From the NCBI GenBank assembly GCA_002502095.1, contig DAPJ01000005.1:156366-220365 (forward strand): DNA of 64,000 bases, written 5' to 3'. The stretch's first letter is position 1. Every line of letters begins with the position of its first letter. The translations under genes and the position numbers were made by a program. This DNA is from Euryarchaeota archaeon UBA62 (GTDB lineage Archaea > Thermoplasmatota > Poseidoniia > Poseidoniales > Thalassarchaeaceae). The notes below the pieces were generated by a model. The model was not told the DNA's origin and did no database searches. It was given only the letters and a program-made list of their open reading frames with translations. Positions 46,292 through 54,698 of this stretch are shown here, one piece after another.

Positions 46292-47005
46292 TCAGTCAAG
46301 CTCCTTGACTTCGGCCTCAGAAGCCCTACTCGCAACCTTGCTAATCAGCTCGTTCTTCATACCCCCTGGGACCTCGACGACACATGCCCATGTCCCATCA
46401 GTGAGCCATTCTTGACGAATAACTAGGTCTCTAAGAATTTGATTAACGGACCCGTAAGATGAGCCTGGGATCTTGAAGGCCAGACGTATTGTAATGAATT
46501 GAAGAGGAATTAAGGGCTTCAGTACCTTTACGGCATCCGAAACCTGACCCTCAACAGACTTGAATGGGTCGACAGAGAAACGAGCTTCTTCGAGAGCGTT
46601 CTCTATTCTAGTTCTGGGGTGCGGCATCCTTGTCTTAGGGTCAGTAGCAGTGGTTGCAATTTCATTAATGATCTGGAGCTTCTTCTCTTCGACCATTTTC
46701 TTTCTCTGAGCAGTAGTTAGTTGAATGGATCCCTGTTTCAGAATAATCTCCACGCATTGTTGAATATCATTACTTCCGAATACGCTTTCCAAAGCATCTG
46801 ATGTGGGCCTCTCTCCACTTCTAGAGTCTGTCCAGACCTCACTGACAGCCAGAAGTTCATCCAGATGAACGGAAGAGGGGTCCTCCTTCCAAGCATCAAC
46901 CAGATCGGGATCCACTAAAATTTCATATCTTGAACCGCCCTTTTCTAGTCTAGCGATAACCGCGTCATCAAGACTAACCATGTAAGTCGTAGATGCTACA
47001 AGCAT
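46292..47005 (-). CDS. sdo1: SBDS-family ribosome maturation protein
   Basis: 237 aa with the ARLEKGGSRYEILVDPD N-terminal FYSH domain. Confidence 0.9.
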   Translation of the reverse strand: MLVASTTYMVSLDDAVIARLEKGGSRYEILVDPDLVDAWKEDPSSVHLDELLAVSEVWTDSRSGERPTSDALESVFGSNDIQQCVEIILKQGSIQLTTAQRKKMVEEKKLQIINEIATTATDPKTRMPHPRTRIENALEEARFSVDPFKSVEGQVSDAVKVLKPLIPLQFITIRLAFKIPGSSYGSVNQILRDLVIRQEWLTDGTWACVVEVPGGMKNELISKVASRASEAEVKELD

Positions 47006-47028
47006 AAGGACATAGTGGAGTTATTCTT

Positions 47029-47748
47029 TCAGAGCTTGGAAATATGCTTCTCCAAATCTGTAGCGGTGAGCTCTCTGTAACCTTCAGAGTTTATGACACA
47101 GATTTCTACTGATTCCTCGGACAACCCGTCTTCGAATGTCTTTGAAAGTGCCTCTAGACCTATTTTAATTGCGGCATTTTCCGTCATTTCTGGCTTCCAC
47201 TTCTCCTCAAAGTAAGATATAACCTCGCTTCTCCCGCTTCCTATGGCTCCTGCCTGATATGAGCCATAAGCTCCTGAAGGATCGGTTTCGTATAGATGTG
47301 GTCCGTCAGAATCAACCCCAGCTATCAGTAACGCGGTTCCGAAAGGCCTAGCACCGCCATACTGGGTGAATGATTGCTTGTAATCACACATTTTCTTGAC
47401 CAGTGTTGTAACATCGATGGAGTCGCCATAGGTCATCTTGTTGATTTGGCACTGAACTCTGGCCCTATCGACCAATTGTCTTGCATCGGCGACTAATCCA
47501 GATGTAGTAATTCCTATGTGGTCATCAATCTTGTACATCTTCTCTATCGACTCAGGGATTACAAGCTTACTGGGTATTCTCTTAGCCACTATCAATATGA
47601 CGCCATCTCTGAATTTCACACCAACAGTAGTAGAGCCTCTCTTTACTGATTCACGGGCATACTCAACTTGGTGAAGTCGTCCGTCTGGTGAGAAAGTTCC
47701 TACTGAAGAGTCGTATCCGCGGCCGCTCGGTTGCATCGTAATCAGCAT
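47029..47748 (-). CDS. psmA: Proteasome alpha subunit
   Basis: 239 aa with YDSSVGTFSPDGRLHQVEYA. Confidence 0.93.
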   Translation of the reverse strand: MLITMQPSGRGYDSSVGTFSPDGRLHQVEYARESVKRGSTTVGVKFRDGVILIVAKRIPSKLVIPESIEKMYKIDDHIGITTSGLVADARQLVDRARVQCQINKMTYGDSIDVTTLVKKMCDYKQSFTQYGGARPFGTALLIAGVDSDGPHLYETDPSGAYGSYQAGAIGSGRSEVISYFEEKWKPEMTENAAIKIGLEALSKTFEDGLSEESVEICVINSEGYRELTATDLEKHISKL

Positions 47749-47835
47749 GCATGCATCAACGGCCTCTTATCAAGGTTAGTTGAGTATGACGTCTTCCTTC
47801 GTTGCATTCAAGCCGAATGGTTAGTTCGTGGATAC

Positions 47836-48588
47836 ATGCGTGTGGCCGTGTTATGCTCTGGCGGGAAGGACTCGACATATGCAACTTGGTGGGCCCTGAT
47901 GAGGGGATGGGATGTTCGTGCCCTAGTCACACTGTGCGTTACAGGGGATGATTCAATGATGTTTCAGACAGGGGGGGTCTGTGTAGCGGGACTCCAATCA
48001 GCCTCTTCTAAAATCCCATGGCTACCCATTGTTACGGAAGGAATAGAAGATGAGGAAATGCTAGATTTGCGACGGGGATTGTCTGGGATTAGCGATCCTG
48101 CTGAAGATTTCAATCTGTTCTGGCCTGATAATTGGGATAGCGAGGGTATAGTTTTGCATGAAGGAGTACTAGAAATCGATGCTCTGGTCTCAGGTGCTCT
48201 TAGATCTGACTACCAGAGAACGAGGATTGAGAGGATGTGCTCCAATATCGGCATTAAATCATTCTCACCACTGTGGCATCATAGTCCCAATGAACATATT
48301 AGATCCTTGCCAAGACTTGGTTTTGATGTTAGGATTTCTTCAGTAACATCCGATGGCCTTGATAGTGAGTGGATAGGGAGGAAATTGGGAGTTTCAGATG
48401 TGGAAGAGCTAATCAGTATCTCATCAAAATTCAGGTTCAATGCTGATGGAGAGGGAGGAGAGTACGAGACCTTAGTTCTGGACTCCCCTCACATGAAAAA
48501 AAGGATCATACTGGATGGAGAAATGTCGTGGCAGAGAGACAGAGGGTCTTGGAATATTTCCTCAGGCCGGCTGACTTCTAATCGCTAG
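47836..48588 (+). CDS. dph6: Diphthine-ammonia ligase (Dph6-type PP-loop ATPase)
   Basis: The ATG at 47836 gives MRVAVLCSGGKDSTYA (PP-loop). EGGEYETLVLDSP lies near the C-terminus. The ORF-track start at 47731 overlaps psmA. Confidence 0.8.
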   Translation: MRVAVLCSGGKDSTYATWWALMRGWDVRALVTLCVTGDDSMMFQTGGVCVAGLQSASSKIPWLPIVTEGIEDEEMLDLRRGLSGISDPAEDFNLFWPDNWDSEGIVLHEGVLEIDALVSGALRSDYQRTRIERMCSNIGIKSFSPLWHHSPNEHIRSLPRLGFDVRISSVTSDGLDSEWIGRKLGVSDVEELISISSKFRFNADGEGGEYETLVLDSPHMKKRIILDGEMSWQRDRGSWNISSGRLTSNR

Positions 48589-48612
48589 GCTCAAACCGGA
48601 AGTACCGGTCGC

Positions 48613-49974
48613 ATGTTTGAGGATACGATGTCGGTTTCACCTCTAGACTACAGATATGGACGAGAAGAGGCCAAAGCAATTTGGTCAAGAGAAGGACGTC
48701 ACTCCAGACAACTGGAGGTGGAAAGAGCTCTTGTCTGGGCCCATTGCAGGATGGGAAGAGTTAGTGCTGAACACTATGATATAGTTGCAGATATTTCAGA
48801 CCCGGGAATAGTTACAGCAGATAGAGTGGAAGAAATAGAGGCTGAGACTAAACATGATATCATGGCACTTACCAAGGCAATGGCTGAAGCCGCTGGTGAA
48901 GCGGGATGGTGCATACATTTGGGAGCTACTAGTAATGATATAGTTGACTCCGCTGTTGCCCTTCAGATAAAAGACAGTGTAGATCTACAGTTAGACTCCC
49001 TAAAATCACTAATGAGTACATTGTGTGATTTAGCAGAGAGGGAGAGGGATACGATAATGATCGGCAGAACTCATGGGCAGGCTGCCGTACCAATAACCTT
49101 CGGAATCAAGGTTGCGGTTTGGGTAGATGAGTTTAGGAGGCATCTAGAAAGGCTCAACTCAATGAGATCTAGGATTATTGCTGGTAAGTTCCTGGGAGCC
49201 GTTGGCACTGGAGCCGCACAGGGTGAAAATGCGCTAGAGCTACAGAGTCTTATCCTCGGGGAGTTGGGTCTGGAAGTTCCAGTGGCCACCACGCAAGTAG
49301 TCGGAAGGGATCGCTACATTGAATGGGTAGGATGGATGGCAAATGTGTCAACAACCGTAGAAAAGATACTACAAGAGGTCAGGAATCTCCAGAGAAGTGA
49401 GATTGCAGAGGTTGCAGAGGCTTTTGACGTTGAAAAGCAAGTTGGATCTTCCACTATGGCTCACAAAAGAAATCCTATTACGGCGGAAAATGCGTGTGGG
49501 CTAGCAAGAATTGTTAGATCGATGATAATTCCTTCTTATGAGAATGCACTTCTTTGGCACGAGAGAGATCTTGCAAACTCCTCTTCTGAGAGATTCACGC
49601 TTTCACATTCAATGATATTGCTTGATGACATTATTGCTAAGTGTGACAGAGTTATGTCTAGACTGGTAGTCGACAGAGACAGGATGTTGCAGAATATAGA
49701 ATCCCAGAAAGGCCTAGTTATGGCTGAGAAGATCATGTTAGCTCTTGTAGACAGTAACATGCCCAGAGATGAGGCTCATGAGGTCCTCAGGAGTTGCTCG
49801 ATGGAAGCATTGAGCTCTGGAAGGCATTTGAAGGCTGTATGTTCTGAGAATGAGCAGATTAGCTCTGTCTTCGATGAAGATGAGTTGAATTATCTATTCT
49901 CCCCTGAGAGTCACCTCGGAGTTTCTGGTGAAATCGTAGATAATGCAGTCTCAATTGCACGCGGATTCATGTAG
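48613..49974 (+). CDS. purB: Adenylosuccinate lyase
   Basis: 453 aa with SPLDYRYG at the N-terminus and the fumarate-lyase signature GSSTMAHKRNP. Confidence 0.92.
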   Translation: MFEDTMSVSPLDYRYGREEAKAIWSREGRHSRQLEVERALVWAHCRMGRVSAEHYDIVADISDPGIVTADRVEEIEAETKHDIMALTKAMAEAAGEAGWCIHLGATSNDIVDSAVALQIKDSVDLQLDSLKSLMSTLCDLAERERDTIMIGRTHGQAAVPITFGIKVAVWVDEFRRHLERLNSMRSRIIAGKFLGAVGTGAAQGENALELQSLILGELGLEVPVATTQVVGRDRYIEWVGWMANVSTTVEKILQEVRNLQRSEIAEVAEAFDVEKQVGSSTMAHKRNPITAENACGLARIVRSMIIPSYENALLWHERDLANSSSERFTLSHSMILLDDIIAKCDRVMSRLVVDRDRMLQNIESQKGLVMAEKIMLALVDSNMPRDEAHEVLRSCSMEALSSGRHLKAVCSENEQISSVFDEDELNYLFSPESHLGVSGEIVDNAVSIARGFM

Positions 49975-50003
49975 ATTAGTACTCAATGGAGATAAATAAC
50001 CAA

Positions 50004-50279
50004 CTATCTCCCAGAGAATCTAAACTTTGCAATCAGTAGGGTGCCAACTAGGAGGATTGAAGCCCCGGCCGAGATCAGTGGATCGAACATAGCTAATCCC
50101 AAAATAGAGCCTGTCAGAACTGAAGCGAAACCAAGGAAAATGATCATTGCGTGGGGCCCATACTGATTTGCATCATCTAGAGCCACGTTCAGAAATCCAT
50201 CCTCTACTATTGACGATATCAGTCCATCTTCGGAGTCTCTAAAATCAGGCGCTTCTCGCCTTGGAATTCTCTCATTCAT
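50004..50279 (-). CDS. Hypothetical small membrane protein (91 aa, two TM helices)
   Basis: Acidic N-terminus followed by two hydrophobic helices. It is the only ORF filling this gap. Confidence 0.45.
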   Translation of the reverse strand: MNERIPRREAPDFRDSEDGLISSIVEDGFLNVALDDANQYGPHAMIIFLGFASVLTGSILGLAMFDPLISAGASILLVGTLLIAKFRFSGR

Positions 50280-50374
50280 GGCTCTCCCATATGTCTGACG
50301 ACGGAGAGGATTGATTATATTTCTCTGGAAAATGGTTCAGTAATGCTCTTTGACTATGTTACATACGGTAACTC

Positions 50375-50959
50375 GTGATTGACTTCGAAGGAAGGGCAGT
50401 GCATATTTCGGCATCGCCTGGAGCAGGGAAAACCTCACTTTGCCTAGGGATTGTCTCAGACACAGTATCGAATGGAGGAAGGGCAATCTGGGCCTGTAGA
50501 AAAATGCCTGATTCAGATAGATTTAGAGAGATTCTGCATGATATTGATGAGCAGGGGCTAATGAGCATATCAATTCTAAATTTCTCAACAGACTTTGCAG
50601 GAAATTTAGCCTTAATTCTCACGGGGACTGAAGACTTCGGAAGAGATGATATTGTGATTGTAGATGACTGGTGTGAAAGTCATGGAAGGGCTAGGAAAGA
50701 TGACGTCAATGCTGCTAAGAAACTGTCGATGATTACCCATAAGACAAACCTAATCATTACTTCGTCATCATACGAAGACGCGTCTGGATTTTCTGACAGT
50801 GGTTGGCTGACTCGTGGAGGAACCCAGATTGAGAGTTCATATGTAACTTTTTTACTTCTTAAGCATCCCAAAAAGGACGGTGTAAGGATTATTTCTGGTG
50901 AAGATATTGTAATTCTAGCCAAGATGACTTCAAAGGGGCTGGAGGAATTGGTCAATTGA
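50375..50959 (+). CDS. Minimal RecA/KaiC-superfamily P-loop ATPase
   Basis: 194 aa with a GTG start, Walker A ISASPGAGKTSL and Walker B-like DIVIVDDW. It is too divergent and short to assign to RadA/RadB/KaiC. Confidence 0.6.
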   Translation: MIDFEGRAVHISASPGAGKTSLCLGIVSDTVSNGGRAIWACRKMPDSDRFREILHDIDEQGLMSISILNFSTDFAGNLALILTGTEDFGRDDIVIVDDWCESHGRARKDDVNAAKKLSMITHKTNLIITSSSYEDASGFSDSGWLTRGGTQIESSYVTFLLLKHPKKDGVRIISGEDIVILAKMTSKGLEELVN

Positions 50960-51152
50960 GCTTTGAAATTAGATCTTCCATTTCTGATATTGCCTCTTCT
51001 GACGGGTTGTATAGTTCCTCTGGGGATCTGGCTAATCCTGAGTATTTGGGTTTCTCATTTTTGAGGCCCGACTTGAAATTACGAATCAGTAGAGACAGCA
51101 GAAAAATTGCAGTTACTGCGAGGACAAACTGGATTACTGATTCAGTATCCAC
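50952..51152 (-). CDS. Hypothetical 66-aa single-TM protein
   Basis: N-terminal helix VIQFVLAVTAIFLLSLLI followed by a charged tail, directly downstream of tiaS. The coding call is weak. Confidence 0.35.
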   Translation of the reverse strand: MDTESVIQFVLAVTAIFLLSLLIRNFKSGLKNEKPKYSGLARSPEELYNPSEEAISEMEDLISKLN

Positions 51153-51186
51153 GACTGTCTGACTATAATGTCAGATAAATAATCAC

Positions 51187-52440
51187 CTAAGACGGGATAC
51201 CGAGTTCTAAGGGCATGGAAAGATGCCTTCTCTGAGAAGGAGGCGGTTGAGTCCAACCCTCGAATGAAGTAGGAATATCTGGAGACCATTCATCTGAAAG
51301 CCAATATTTTGGAGCTTTCCTCTTACACTTATCACAGGATAGATCTTGATTTTTACCCTTGCTCCTCATAGACTTTCCACAACATCTAGGACGGGTAGTA
51401 ATCCTGGGAGATGCCGAGACAATCTTCAATTTTTCAAGGTGGATGGCCTCGTCTGGGGATCTCAATCCCATCCAAGAAACCAAATCTCCGGGAGAGAGTT
51501 GTCGTAGAAGTCTGTTTACAGGACCTCCTTCGCTGAAAGCTACTAAGGTCTCTCCCAATCCCTCTGAGATTACCCTTAGGCTGGCGTGTGCTCCCTTTAC
51601 TACTCTTGGATCGGATATTACTGTACCAAATGATGGCCCTAAAAGATGGTCGTCGGATAGTTGATTTGACATGTGAGAAGCCCATAAGTCACACTTCTCA
51701 TTAGTTTCAACATCTTGCATCCAGATATGTGCAGATTCTACAGCTTCTTTACTAGCGCCACGTATCCCATAAAGTACTGGACAGGGAGTTCTTGGTGCGA
51801 TAATCCCCTTATCTGCAGTGGGATCTCTATTCATGAATGTGTCCGTGAATAATTCGGATAACTGAATCACTGAGTCCTTAGAAACTATTCTTTTTGTACC
51901 AATTAGATATGGTTTCCTCCAAGCGATTAGCTCCCACGAATGATTACTCGGAGGATTCCAAGAGATTGCTGAGCTAGCTCCAATTATCCCCCACTTGTCC
52001 GGATGAGAAAAGACCGTGATTCCAGATGAGTTTACTTCTTCCTCCCTGTGTTCAAGTCCGACCTCCCCCCTGACGGCTTCCCAATACCAGTTCTCAGGTA
52101 CCTTTCCAAAAGAAATCAAGAGAGCGGGGGATGGTGAGTTTTTATCTCGGGGGATCTCGATAATGTCACGTAGAAGTTCGTTAAACCAATCGGAGCAAGT
52201 TTGTATGAAATTTTCTTTTGCTGCAATAGGTAACGATAATCGGGATGAAAGTGCACCGTTACCCCTAGTTCTCCTTGTGGCATAAGGCCAAAGTCGGATG
52301 AGCATCCTATCTAGTACATCTACTCCCTTGATATTAGATAGTTCATGCAATAGATTGTTGAAGGAATGGGTGGTACAACCGGAATCTGGGTGATCGGTAT
52401 CATCTAGACCGATTCTAACCGTAATGAGTTCTTTACTCAT
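51187..52440 (-). CDS. tiaS: tRNA(Ile2) 2-agmatinylcytidine synthetase TiaS
   Basis: 417 aa with the N-terminal RIGLDDTDHPDSGCTTH and a C-terminal zinc ribbon (CCGKSM...CDKCKRK). Confidence 0.85.
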   Translation of the reverse strand: MSKELITVRIGLDDTDHPDSGCTTHSFNNLLHELSNIKGVDVLDRMLIRLWPYATRRTRGNGALSSRLSLPIAAKENFIQTCSDWFNELLRDIIEIPRDKNSPSPALLISFGKVPENWYWEAVRGEVGLEHREEEVNSSGITVFSHPDKWGIIGASSAISWNPPSNHSWELIAWRKPYLIGTKRIVSKDSVIQLSELFTDTFMNRDPTADKGIIAPRTPCPVLYGIRGASKEAVESAHIWMQDVETNEKCDLWASHMSNQLSDDHLLGPSFGTVISDPRVVKGAHASLRVISEGLGETLVAFSEGGPVNRLLRQLSPGDLVSWMGLRSPDEAIHLEKLKIVSASPRITTRPRCCGKSMRSKGKNQDLSCDKCKRKAPKYWLSDEWSPDIPTSFEGWTQPPPSQRRHLSMPLELGIPS

Positions 52441-53077
52441 TTTCCCTCACCAATATTTCTGAGATGACTTCATTCAATCCCTTGTCTGGATCGCATTTGA
52501 ATGACCTTACACCGAATGATTTTGCAGCCTCCATATCCACATTTCTGTCACCCACCATTACCGATGTTGACTCAGAGGGTCGGTGTTTCCATTCATCGCC
52601 GAATTTTATGTCACCCTCGGAAAGTAATATTTGTGATTCTGCTGCATCAATAATCTGCCTGCCTGCTTCTAGCATACCAGGATTGGGTTTTCTCGCCCAA
52701 GAATTATGCCAAGGAGCGTAAGGACTGTGTAATGTCAAATCCAGAACCGCATCAGAATCTACTGAAATAATCTCAGAACGAACTCTGTCGTGTATATTAG
52801 CTAGATTTTCTCTACTCCAAATTCCCCTCCCAACAGGAGATTGGTTAGTAACAATACATATCCTAAATCCCTCTCTTCTTAAGTCCCCAATAGCCTTAGG
52901 GGCACCGGCGAGAACCTCGACCTCATCGGGAGAATTAACATAATCTTCGAACCCCCTGATAATTACTCCATCCCTATCCAGATATGCTATCTTTCCTTGC
53001 CAATCTCCTTCGATTGGGAGAGTCCCTAATTCTAGCGGAGAGTACAGACTTTCCCTATCCCTCATCGGCGGGAACAT
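52433..53077 (-). CDS. HAD-IIIA phosphatase, D-glycero-D-manno-heptose-1,7-bisphosphate phosphatase (GmhB)-like
   Basis: 214 aa with YLDRDGVII, IVTNQSPVGRG, ARKPNPGML and MVGDRNVDMEAA. The Cys ligands of the classical GmhB zinc site are absent. Confidence 0.7.
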   Translation of the reverse strand: MFPPMRDRESLYSPLELGTLPIEGDWQGKIAYLDRDGVIIRGFEDYVNSPDEVEVLAGAPKAIGDLRREGFRICIVTNQSPVGRGIWSRENLANIHDRVRSEIISVDSDAVLDLTLHSPYAPWHNSWARKPNPGMLEAGRQIIDAAESQILLSEGDIKFGDEWKHRPSESTSVMVGDRNVDMEAAKSFGVRSFKCDPDKGLNEVISEILVRENE

Positions 53078-53081
53078 GTGA

Positions 53082-53651
53082 TCACTGCTCGCGGTTTGAT
53101 TTCACTGCCTCTTTGATGATATGGTTAATCACCAATTGGACATCCTCAATTCTTTCCATGGAAGTACTAGGGATAATTATGGATAAATCTACTAGATCTA
53201 CAATTTTACCCCCTCCCATTCCATTATAATTTCCTGTAATTGCCACAGTTTTGCATCCAATCTCGTTAGCGTACTTAATCCCGTTAATTACGTTCTCTGA
53301 GTTACCAGAACCAGAGTATGCGATTAGTAAATCGCCATTATCGGCAAATGTGGAAAGTTGACCTACGAATACCTGAGAGTAACCTTCGTCGTTAGCCCAT
53401 GCTGAGAATGAAGATACATTATCGGAGTGGGCTATGGTTTTCAGACCAAGCTCCTTAGACCAGTCACCAGCACTGTGAGAGGGAGTAGCAGCGCTGCCCC
53501 CATTTCCTATGAAGTGGACAGTGGCCCCTTTGTTACAGGCGTCAATTACCATCGAATATAGAGTCGAAATTTCTGTTTTCGGTAGGTTATCTAGTGTACT
53601 TTTTAGATCTGTGAGGTAGCTGTTTGCAAACTCAGTGAAGTCGTCAGCCAT
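53082..53651 (-). CDS. SIS-domain sugar-phosphate isomerase, phosphoheptose isomerase (GmhA)-like
   Basis: 189 aa with VHFIGNGGSAATPSH and LIAYSGSGNSENV. Confidence 0.75.
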   Translation of the reverse strand: MADDFTEFANSYLTDLKSTLDNLPKTEISTLYSMVIDACNKGATVHFIGNGGSAATPSHSAGDWSKELGLKTIAHSDNVSSFSAWANDEGYSQVFVGQLSTFADNGDLLIAYSGSGNSENVINGIKYANEIGCKTVAITGNYNGMGGGKIVDLVDLSIIIPSTSMERIEDVQLVINHIIKEAVKSNREQ

Positions 53652-53711
53652 GTGCTCACCCGGCTATCGGTTGGGGGCATCATATTTACGGGTTGATGGC
53701 TCGTTAACGTC

Positions 53712-54698
53712 ATGGAAGACCCAATCGTCGTCTTGGTGGGCGGTCTCGCGGACACAATAGGGGTGCCCGAATTCTCTCTTTGGCTGTCATTTTGCTGGAT
53801 TGGTGCACTATCCCTGGGATTCTCTTTTCATCGCGGAGATTCTCCCATGGCCGCGTACTCTGCGGCTGTTGGCTGGTCATTGCTTGGCCTCTTTTTCTAC
53901 ATGCAATCTGGACATTTCATAGAGATTGAAGACCCCTTGCTAGTTCTGATGACTGCTGGAGCTCTTCCAGCTGGTATCGCCCTAGGAATTTGGGAGGTTA
54001 GGAACTGGGAGCTCCAAAATGAGTCTCTGATATGGCTTAGAGGAGCTGTGGCTTGGTCTGTGATTCCATATTATGCTGTATATAGCATACCTGTTCTGAA
54101 TATGCAATTCGTTGAGATGACTGCACATAGTACGGAGTGGTTGTTAGAATTCTGTGGATTGGGATCATTCGAGGTTGGAGAAATAATGGTGGACCTTCCT
54201 AGTGGAGTGGTTGCCGCTTCTCAATGGGATGGAAGTAGATATTTTCTAACTGAGCCACTTGGTGACAAGGGATTTTTCGCTCCGTTCAATTATTCTGATG
54301 GGACTCCAGTTAGTGTTAGTTTCATACTGGCCTGCTCGGCTTTGCAGTCGATGATTATCTTTGTAGGTGCGATTGTAGCTCTAAGGGGCGTTTCCTGGAA
54401 GCGTAAGACGAGGGGTTTACTGATCGCATTACCCACGATACACGTGCTAAATGTTTTCAGAAATGCGGGTATTGTATGGCTAAGTGACACTTACAATGGC
54501 TGGAGGCTGTTTCCTGGCTCTGACATTGATATGTTTGATTTCACACATAGTTATGCTGCAAAGGTAGCCAGTCTATTCGCTATGTTCCTATTGGCCACGG
54601 CTCTTTTTGATCTGCTACCAGAGTTGCACCGTCACATATTGAGAATCTCTAGACCGGTGACTAAGATCTTCATGAGAGCGAATGCTAAGTCATCTTGA
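53712..54698 (+). CDS. Exosortase/archaeosortase-family transpeptidase
   Basis: 328-aa polytopic membrane protein. The family Cys/Arg/His triad appears in the expected order: ILACSALQS, LNVFRNAGIVWL, FDFTHSYAAK. Confidence 0.65.
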   Translation: MEDPIVVLVGGLADTIGVPEFSLWLSFCWIGALSLGFSFHRGDSPMAAYSAAVGWSLLGLFFYMQSGHFIEIEDPLLVLMTAGALPAGIALGIWEVRNWELQNESLIWLRGAVAWSVIPYYAVYSIPVLNMQFVEMTAHSTEWLLEFCGLGSFEVGEIMVDLPSGVVAASQWDGSRYFLTEPLGDKGFFAPFNYSDGTPVSVSFILACSALQSMIIFVGAIVALRGVSWKRKTRGLLIALPTIHVLNVFRNAGIVWLSDTYNGWRLFPGSDIDMFDFTHSYAAKVASLFAMFLLATALFDLLPELHRHILRISRPVTKIFMRANAKSS

